From assembly GCA_942490685.1 (NCBI GenBank), contig CALNXW010000016.1, positions 105,144 to 169,143 on the forward strand: a stretch of 64,000 nt of DNA. Reading direction: 5' to 3'. The notes under the pieces were generated by a model. The model did not search any database. It had not been told where the DNA came from and was given only the letters and a program-made list of their open reading frames with translations. Source of the stretch: an uncultured bacterium. GTDB taxonomy: Bacteria > Bacteroidota > Ignavibacteria > Kapaibacteriales > UBA2268. A program made the position numbers and the translations under genes. Below, piece after piece: positions 57,923-64,000 of this stretch; positions within the stretch are counted from its first letter, which is position 1, and each line of letters begins with the position of its first letter.

Positions 57923-58678
57923 CTAAATCTGTAAATACAATCCGATAGATCCAACATAATAATAACTGACAAACTCAGTAGTAAAAGCCATTCCACTTTG
58001 AATAAAAATTGACTTATATGAGTATGTTAATTTCAGGCCTGAATAGTTTGCATTTTTATTTAACATATCGCTTCTACCGAGTAGAGCGTTTGCATTGATA
58101 AAAGAATTTTCCGTAGTATGTAATCTTAGTCCAAGATTAAGTTCTAAACCGTAATACCCGCCTTCTAATGATAAACCTACAAAATCTGTTTGATACCCCA
58201 AATATAAATTTACAGTGCCCGGAGTGCCTAGAGTGAGACCGATCATGCCGAATTCTTTTGGGATATAAGAAGTTCTCTGAAGTGGTTTATAGTCATCATT
58301 ATGAGATTGATAATTTGCTAACTTTGCGTGTTTCTCAGCTATCATTTTTGCTTCTATTTGAGATTTAGGGATTTCAAACTCTATGCCCTCTTCATTTCTA
58401 AGATGTAAAACACTGTCATTCTCTTTTACAATACTGCCAATATGAGTTGCACCTGAGATAGTTACTATCTTATATAGAAGTGGGTTTATTGAAGAAATAT
58501 TGTCTTTGGGGATTTTTATAACAGTTTGATCGTTAGTTTGTAGTTTGATTTCGGAGTTATTCTCTTCAATGATTTCTCCATAATAAATCTTGTTTCCTGT
58601 GGTTATTACAATACTGTCTGACCATAATTTTGTACATAGAACAGTTATTAAGATAATTAAGCTAAAAAATAATTTCAT
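57923..58678 (-). CDS. Secreted hypothetical protein with two N-terminal Sm-like repeats and a beta-barrel-like C-terminus
   Basis: G.I..EN....L...IPK..I unit occurs twice; terminal aromatic strand. Confidence 0.6.
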   Translation of the reverse strand: MKLFFSLIILITVLCTKLWSDSIVITTGNKIYYGEIIEENNSEIKLQTNDQTVIKIPKDNISSINPLLYKIVTISGATHIGSIVKENDSVLHLRNEEGIEFEIPKSQIEAKMIAEKHAKLANYQSHNDDYKPLQRTSYIPKEFGMIGLTLGTPGTVNLYLGYQTDFVGLSLEGGYYGLELNLGLRLHTTENSFINANALLGRSDMLNKNANYSGLKLTYSYKSIFIQSGMAFTTEFVSYYYVGSIGLYLQI

Positions 58679-58957
58679 ATCACATATAAATATTAGTTAA
58701 AGAAAGTGCAAATATATGATATTTATTTTTCATAATATAATATTAAAAACTTTTTTTTGATAGGCAGATACAATCTAGTATATGAATGAAACAAAATGTT
58801 AAATCTGGGAGTTAAATAGTTGAAGTGGTATTAAGGCAGATTAAGGGCAATTTTTTATTGAACAAATGAACAATTTTTGTACTTTATCGTTTCATATTTG
58901 GATACAAATTGATATTTAAATCTTAAGAAGTAAAATTCTTATACAGAGGTAAAAAAA

Positions 58958-60517
58958 ATGCGCTACATAATATTTCTATTGATATTTACTACTCAGATAT
59001 TTTCAGATTCACTTTCTACAGCTCAACAAATCCAATTTCAGTCTAACAAATTTAAATATATTCTTGAAACTGCATTTAAAAACCACCAGGATACTTTTGA
59101 TATAGTAAAAGTTGCAGATCAAGCTTTTGATGCAATGCTTAAAGAAATCGACCCAAATTCCGGATATTATAATAAAGAAACGTATCTGCGCATTAGTGAG
59201 GCTCAGTCAGGTAGAACTTTTGGTATTGGTGCCACTGTTATTAATGTAAACGATACAGCAACAGTTTCATACGTGATTCCCGGGAGTTCTTCAGATTCAG
59301 CAGGTATTGAGATTTCAGATAAAATCTTGTTTGTAGATGGCAAAAACACATGTGGCCTATCATATGCAGATTTGAAAAATCTTATTGAAGGAGATCATCA
59401 TTCCGAAGTTTCAGTCATACTCCAAAAAGCTTGGAAGTCAGACTTAAAACAGCTAACACTTCAAAGAAAAAATACTGATATACCGGGTGTTCCGGCTTCA
59501 TTTATAATTCCGGATACTAAAATAGCATATTTAAAAATTAGCAAATTTGCTGATAACACCGATGGAATAGCAAAACAAAAAATCAGTGCTTTGCTGGAAA
59601 AGCAACCAGAAGCTTTTATCATTGATCTTAGAGATAATCCGGGGGGTAGGGTAGAGGTTGCCTCTAATATAGCGTCTGAATTTTTAAAAAAGCAAGATAC
59701 TATACTTATTGTTAAGTCTAATAATTCGGATATTTCTAAAACGATGATTTGTGATAAAGATGGTAGTGCTCCTGATATCCCACTTGTAGTGCTGGTGAAC
59801 AAACAATCTGCCTCTGCTGCGGAGATACTTGCCGGTGCTATCCAGGATAATGAGCGTGGAAAAATAGTAGGGGAGCTTACTTTTGGAAAAGCTACAATTC
59901 AAAATACATGGACAATGAATGATAGCACTGCATTTAGAATTACAGTAGCAGAATATTTAACTCCCAGCGGAAGAAGTTTACATATAAAAGAAAATGAGGA
60001 AGCAGCTCTAGATCCTGCATTGAAGCTTAGTTTAGGTGAAGATGAGTTTAAAAAGCTTGAGCAAAGTATTAAAGATTCTCCTGCAAGTCAGCTCCCAATT
60101 TACTATACTAAAACCGGTAAAAGTATATTGGGGGGCATGGGAATATTGCCTGATATCCAAATAAAAAAAGATACTCTTACCTTATTAACAAACGTTTTAA
60201 ACCAAAAGCGTATGTTCCATGAGTACATTTACCAATTTATTTACAGATTCGGCGAGCTGCAGAAAGAGACTTATGGAAAAGATTATCAATTATTTGAAAA
60301 AGATGCTTATATTAATGACAATATACTTAATGATTTCTCCGTCTTTTGCCGAAGGCATAATCTTGGTAATGATGCCATGTTCGAGCAAGATAAGGAGTAT
60401 ATAAGAAATTATTTAAAATCAATATTAGCCCATTCACTTTGGGGCACGGAAGCTTTTATTTTAGTAAATCTTAAGACTGATAATGTTGCTCAAAAAGCAA
60501 TATCACTATTCGAATAG
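58958..60517 (+). CDS. S41 carboxy-terminal processing protease (CtpA/Prc family)
   Basis: PDZ (FGIGA), IDLRDNPGG, SASAAEILAGAIQD, TFGKATIQ. Confidence 0.93.
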   Translation: MRYIIFLLIFTTQIFSDSLSTAQQIQFQSNKFKYILETAFKNHQDTFDIVKVADQAFDAMLKEIDPNSGYYNKETYLRISEAQSGRTFGIGATVINVNDTATVSYVIPGSSSDSAGIEISDKILFVDGKNTCGLSYADLKNLIEGDHHSEVSVILQKAWKSDLKQLTLQRKNTDIPGVPASFIIPDTKIAYLKISKFADNTDGIAKQKISALLEKQPEAFIIDLRDNPGGRVEVASNIASEFLKKQDTILIVKSNNSDISKTMICDKDGSAPDIPLVVLVNKQSASAAEILAGAIQDNERGKIVGELTFGKATIQNTWTMNDSTAFRITVAEYLTPSGRSLHIKENEEAALDPALKLSLGEDEFKKLEQSIKDSPASQLPIYYTKTGKSILGGMGILPDIQIKKDTLTLLTNVLNQKRMFHEYIYQFIYRFGELQKETYGKDYQLFEKDAYINDNILNDFSVFCRRHNLGNDAMFEQDKEYIRNYLKSILAHSLWGTEAFILVNLKTDNVAQKAISLFE

Positions 60518-60546
60518 AATTAAATAATATAACGGAGCTAACTCTC

Positions 60547-61362
60547 ATGAACAAAAAACTACAAACTACTATGCTTTGGGTCTTAACACTAGTTATTACT
60601 GTAGTCTTTGTAATATGGCAAAGAACTACAGGGCCAACATATCCAATTTCTGATGAAATTACAATAAATGGAACTGAAATAGAATATGATCTTCTAAGAA
60701 CCTGGGAAGGAAGTACTGATCAACAAATCCCTATTTATGCGCCCCAGGGAATTACAGGAAAAGTTACGTATAAGCGTTTCCCCAGCCATGATGAATGGTC
60801 TACATCTGATATGATCAGACGAGGTGATTCTTTAGTAGCTACACTTCCTAACCAACCTGCTGCCGGCAAAATTGAATATCTTATTAGTCTCTACGATCAG
60901 TCTGGAACTGAATACGAACTCAATGAAGAACCTGCAATTACTAGATATAAAGGGGTTGTTCCATTAGGTTGGCTTTTAGTCCATATCGTATTTATCTTTT
61001 CAGCTTTCCTTTTCTCCATGAGAACAGGCCTGGAAGCACTCTTTAAAAGAGATAATGTTATCAATCTTAGCATTATCACTATTGTTATGCTGACTATTGG
61101 CGGAATGGTGATGGGACCAATTATCCAAAAATATGCATTTGATGCATATTGGACAGGTTGGCCTTTTGGTCATGATCTGACTGATAATAAAACTTTAGCC
61201 GGATTAATCATGTGGATAATTGCAGTTTGGCAGATGCGAAAACACCCGGATAGAAAGTGGTGGGCTTTGGTAGCTGCTGCTACAGTAATTGTAGTTTTCT
61301 TAATCCCTCATAGCGTAATGGGGTCAGAAATCGATTTTACTAAAGACATGCCTAATCAATAG
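60547..61362 (+). CDS. Conserved multi-TM membrane protein
   Basis: N-terminal TM, TGPTYP, soluble domain, four C-terminal TMs, WTGWPFGHDLTDNKT. Confidence 0.65.
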   Translation: MNKKLQTTMLWVLTLVITVVFVIWQRTTGPTYPISDEITINGTEIEYDLLRTWEGSTDQQIPIYAPQGITGKVTYKRFPSHDEWSTSDMIRRGDSLVATLPNQPAAGKIEYLISLYDQSGTEYELNEEPAITRYKGVVPLGWLLVHIVFIFSAFLFSMRTGLEALFKRDNVINLSIITIVMLTIGGMVMGPIIQKYAFDAYWTGWPFGHDLTDNKTLAGLIMWIIAVWQMRKHPDRKWWALVAAATVIVVFLIPHSVMGSEIDFTKDMPNQ

Positions 61363-61391
61363 AAATCTGTTTGAATAGAATACATTTATGT

Positions 61392-61434
61392 AAAAAGAGA
61401 CTGTCTAAGTAAAAATTAAACAGTCTCTTTTTTT
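61392..61434. terminator. Bidirectional terminator
   Basis: AAAAAGAGACTG/CAGTCTCTTTTT stem. Confidence 0.8.
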
Positions 61435-61456
61435 AATATTCTAAGTCAATTATGGA

Positions 61457-62341
61457 TTACATTCCTAATTCGCCGCTTGCAGATAGATAAGTGTTGTACA
61501 TAAGCATTGCAATAGTCATTGGACCAACGCCGCCCGGAACCGGTGTAATTGCTGAAGCTTTTTTGCTGACTGATTCGAAGTCAACATCACCACATACTCT
61601 ATAGCCTTTCTCGCGAGTAGAATCGTCTACTCTATTGATTCCAACGTCAATTATAACAACGCCATCTTTTACATCATTATCTTTAATCATTTCAGGTACA
61701 CCAACAGCTGCAACTAAAATATCAGCTTGCTTAGTGTAATACGATAAATCTTTTGCTGCAGAGTGACAAATTGTTACGATACCATTGGCAAATTCTTTTT
61801 TCTGGTACATTAGATTTGCAATTGGTTTACCAACGATATTTGATCTGCCAACTACTACCACGTGTTTACCTTTAGCATCAACATCACTTCTTTTTAAAAG
61901 CTCTACGATGCCACCCGGAGTGCAAGAAACAAATCCAGGCATGCCAATTACCAGTCTTCCCATATTTTCCGGATGGAAGCCATCCACATCTTTTTTAGGA
62001 GAGATAGTATTGATTACTTTTTCTTCGTCTATGTGTTTTGGAAGAGGAAGCTGTACTAAAATGCCATGCACACTTTCGTCTTCGTTCCATTTTTTTACTT
62101 GCTCAAGTACTTGCTCTTCAGTTACTTTTGCGTCCCAAATTTCAACAAAAGAATTGAATCCTAACGCTTCGCAAGCTTTAGCTTTACTCTTTACATAAAT
62201 TGCAGAAGCTGGGTCGTCGCCAACCAAAAGTACTGCAAGCCCCGGTTTAATTCCCTTCTCTTCAAGAAGTTGGGCAGTTTTTTGTTTAACCTCTTCTTTG
62301 ATTTCAGCAGAGATTTTTTTTCCGTCAATTATTTTAGTCAT
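61457..62341 (-). CDS. folD: Methylenetetrahydrofolate dehydrogenase/cyclohydrolase
   Basis: HGILVQLPLP, KDVDGFH, GRSNIVGKP, ITPVPGGVGPMT. Confidence 0.97.
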   Translation of the reverse strand: MTKIIDGKKISAEIKEEVKQKTAQLLEEKGIKPGLAVLLVGDDPASAIYVKSKAKACEALGFNSFVEIWDAKVTEEQVLEQVKKWNEDESVHGILVQLPLPKHIDEEKVINTISPKKDVDGFHPENMGRLVIGMPGFVSCTPGGIVELLKRSDVDAKGKHVVVVGRSNIVGKPIANLMYQKKEFANGIVTICHSAAKDLSYYTKQADILVAAVGVPEMIKDNDVKDGVVIIDVGINRVDDSTREKGYRVCGDVDFESVSKKASAITPVPGGVGPMTIAMLMYNTYLSASGELGM

Positions 62342-62355
62342 TGATGCACCATTTA

Positions 62356-63615
62356 TTATAGTTTGTATGATAATCCAAACTGAAGTATGTCAAATTTACC
62401 AATATTATAATCTAAAAACAATCTTAGATTGCTTATATCTTTTGCAATACCAAAAACGGCCTTAATATTATCTTCTTCTAGTGACATATTAGCGACCTGT
62501 GGCATTTGATCGCCAGGGTAGCCCGGAGTAGGACCTTCTTTGCCTGATTCTATCATCCCAAGCTGTCTTTGAACTTCTATCGGAAGAGTGTAAGTGTATG
62601 AGCCTGTAATTTTGATATTATCATAAGCCACGCCGGCAAAAATGTCAAACCAGCCATCAAATGATTTGGATGCATGGATATTAGCACTAAAAATATCAGC
62701 ATCGGCATCAAGTTGAGCCTTGGTTACACCTACTTCGTTTTTAAGGCTGGTACCTTGAAATACAATTTGTGCTGCAAGGTCAAATGGTCTGTTATCTTCA
62801 TCTTTGTTGAAATATTGAGAAATGCTGTGCTTAAGACCAATACCCCAAAACATAAAATCACCGATATATTGTCCGAGGTTTATCTGAGGAATGAAGCGAA
62901 TCAGAAGCTCAGTACCATAGAAAGAGCCTATTTCTAATTGCGGAACTCCTGCTGTTATGGAGTTCATGCCTGCACCCTCGTACATTGTGAATTGCTCAGG
63001 AAACTGACCCACTATATCAAGCAGCTGTTGTTTTAGCTCGCCATCAGGAAGTAGCTTATAAAGATCATGATTTTCCACAAGCTCTTTCATATTTTCTTTA
63101 GGCAGACTTATATGTGTTTCTTTGTCTCCAAGGACAGTAGAAGCTAAGCCAGGGAGTTCAATATGCCCTTTATGTTCGCCTTCTAATCCATCATAAAGAA
63201 TATTTTGGAAGAAATAATGAATTAGACCTGCTGTGTCTTGTATGTTTACTCCAGTAATTTTCCCATCTTCCATTATAGGAGTTGCAAACTGTAAAGCTTC
63301 TATCAAGTTATACGGTTTAGTAGCAATTTTGGGTTCGAAGTATTTATCAGCATCATTCACAAATCCACTCATGCCATGCAAACTTATTTTGAAATAAGGC
63401 TTGTCGACTTTGTAAGGAACATAAGCATCATTGAAAAAGCCTGAATTTGATGTAGCATTTACTGTTCTTACCATAGGTGATAAGTATGCAACACTGTTAT
63501 CATTAAACAGATCCTTGCTAAACATTCTTGCAAGGTCTATTGTGTATTGAGAAACTTCCTGAGCAAAAGCAGAACTAGTCAGGAATATCATAAAAAAGTA
63601 TATTATTTTTTTCAT
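62356..63615 (-). CDS. DUF6588-like outer-membrane protein
   Basis: Signal peptide; VPQLEIG...ELLIRFIP...WGIGLKHSISQY. Confidence 0.6.
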   Translation of the reverse strand: MKKIIYFFMIFLTSSAFAQEVSQYTIDLARMFSKDLFNDNSVAYLSPMVRTVNATSNSGFFNDAYVPYKVDKPYFKISLHGMSGFVNDADKYFEPKIATKPYNLIEALQFATPIMEDGKITGVNIQDTAGLIHYFFQNILYDGLEGEHKGHIELPGLASTVLGDKETHISLPKENMKELVENHDLYKLLPDGELKQQLLDIVGQFPEQFTMYEGAGMNSITAGVPQLEIGSFYGTELLIRFIPQINLGQYIGDFMFWGIGLKHSISQYFNKDEDNRPFDLAAQIVFQGTSLKNEVGVTKAQLDADADIFSANIHASKSFDGWFDIFAGVAYDNIKITGSYTYTLPIEVQRQLGMIESGKEGPTPGYPGDQMPQVANMSLEEDNIKAVFGIAKDISNLRLFLDYNIGKFDILQFGLSYKL

Positions 63616-63617
63616 AA

Positions 63618-63806
63618 TTACTTGAACATCTTTTTCTTAAACAACATATAAAAAGGTAGAGCAAAAACTATTACTGCTACTACAAACAAAAAACCAAATG
63701 CAACTTCAAGTGCAACTTTAAAAATCCATAATACAAAATGGATAAATACAAAAGCAACAAAAAGTGCAAATACTAGTGACAAAATATTTCTAAGTGTATT
63801 ATTCAT
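63618..63806 (-). CDS. Small two-TM membrane protein
   Basis: 62 aa, hydrophobic, operonic with the downstream gene. Confidence 0.6.
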   Translation of the reverse strand: MNNTLRNILSLVFALFVAFVFIHFVLWIFKVALEVAFGFLFVVAVIVFALPFYMLFKKKMFK

Positions 63807-63844
63807 TTTATTTATCCTCCAAATTTATATTTTCAGTTTAAAAT

Positions 63845-63884
63845 TCCCCTCTTGAGGGGTGATATGCCAAGCATATCGGGGTGG
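63845..63884. repeat. REP-like palindromic element (CCACCCC...CACCCCTCAAGAGGGG type)
   Basis: Two GC-rich hairpins, CCCCTC/GAGGGG and GATATGC/GCATATC, in AT-rich intergenic DNA. Confidence 0.45.
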
Positions 63885-64000
63885 AAAAAACACCACCATC
63901 ACAATTCTATATCTCAAGCATATTCAAATTAATATAATAAATACCTAAAACGTTATAACCTCATTAACATCTTTATGCGCTTATTGGTGCAATCAATCTT

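Noticed and set aside
119-62937. Short antisense or overlapping ORFs in the track (e.g. 979-1278, 1942-2280, 3119-3655, 32790-33077, 47610-47972, 59461-59802, 61785-62198)
   Set aside because: They lie opposite or inside well-supported genes and have no recognisable motifs, so they are treated as shadow ORFs.

Overview
AT-rich bacterial chromosome segment, almost certainly FCB group and most like Kapabacteria/Ignavibacteria relatives. This is inferred from seven genes with T9SS type-A C-terminal sorting domains, TAnnTTTG -7 promoter motifs, SusC-like TonB receptors and DUF1573 proteins. Housekeeping content: tldD/pmbA, efp-accB-accC-gcvH, pdxH, an acyl-CoA dehydrogenase, fbp, gcvT, a CtpA-type protease, folD, tRNA-Leu(GAG), tRNA-Cys(GCA) and three identical tandem tRNA-Val(TAC). 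Accessory content, in order: (1) a four-gene fibre-like operon with an IPTL-CTERM sorting signal (2.8-6.7 kb); (2) four tandem IgGFc-binding/ASH/T9SS paralogues, one interrupted by two in-frame TGA codons and two sharing a ~97% identical CTD (13-24.8 kb); (3) an orphan phage-like switch of Mor, XRE and S24 genes with three GTA-W5-TAC palindromes (41.7-43.1 kb); (4) a ~1.09 kb integrase-less islet with an AbiF-like HEPN gene and an upstream RNA hairpin, bounded by a 142-bp duplication of the 3' end of a giant VIT/DUF2135 gene (46.5-47.75 kb). No CRISPR array, rRNA, transposase or integrase was seen. All family calls come from motif recognition by eye; no database search was run.
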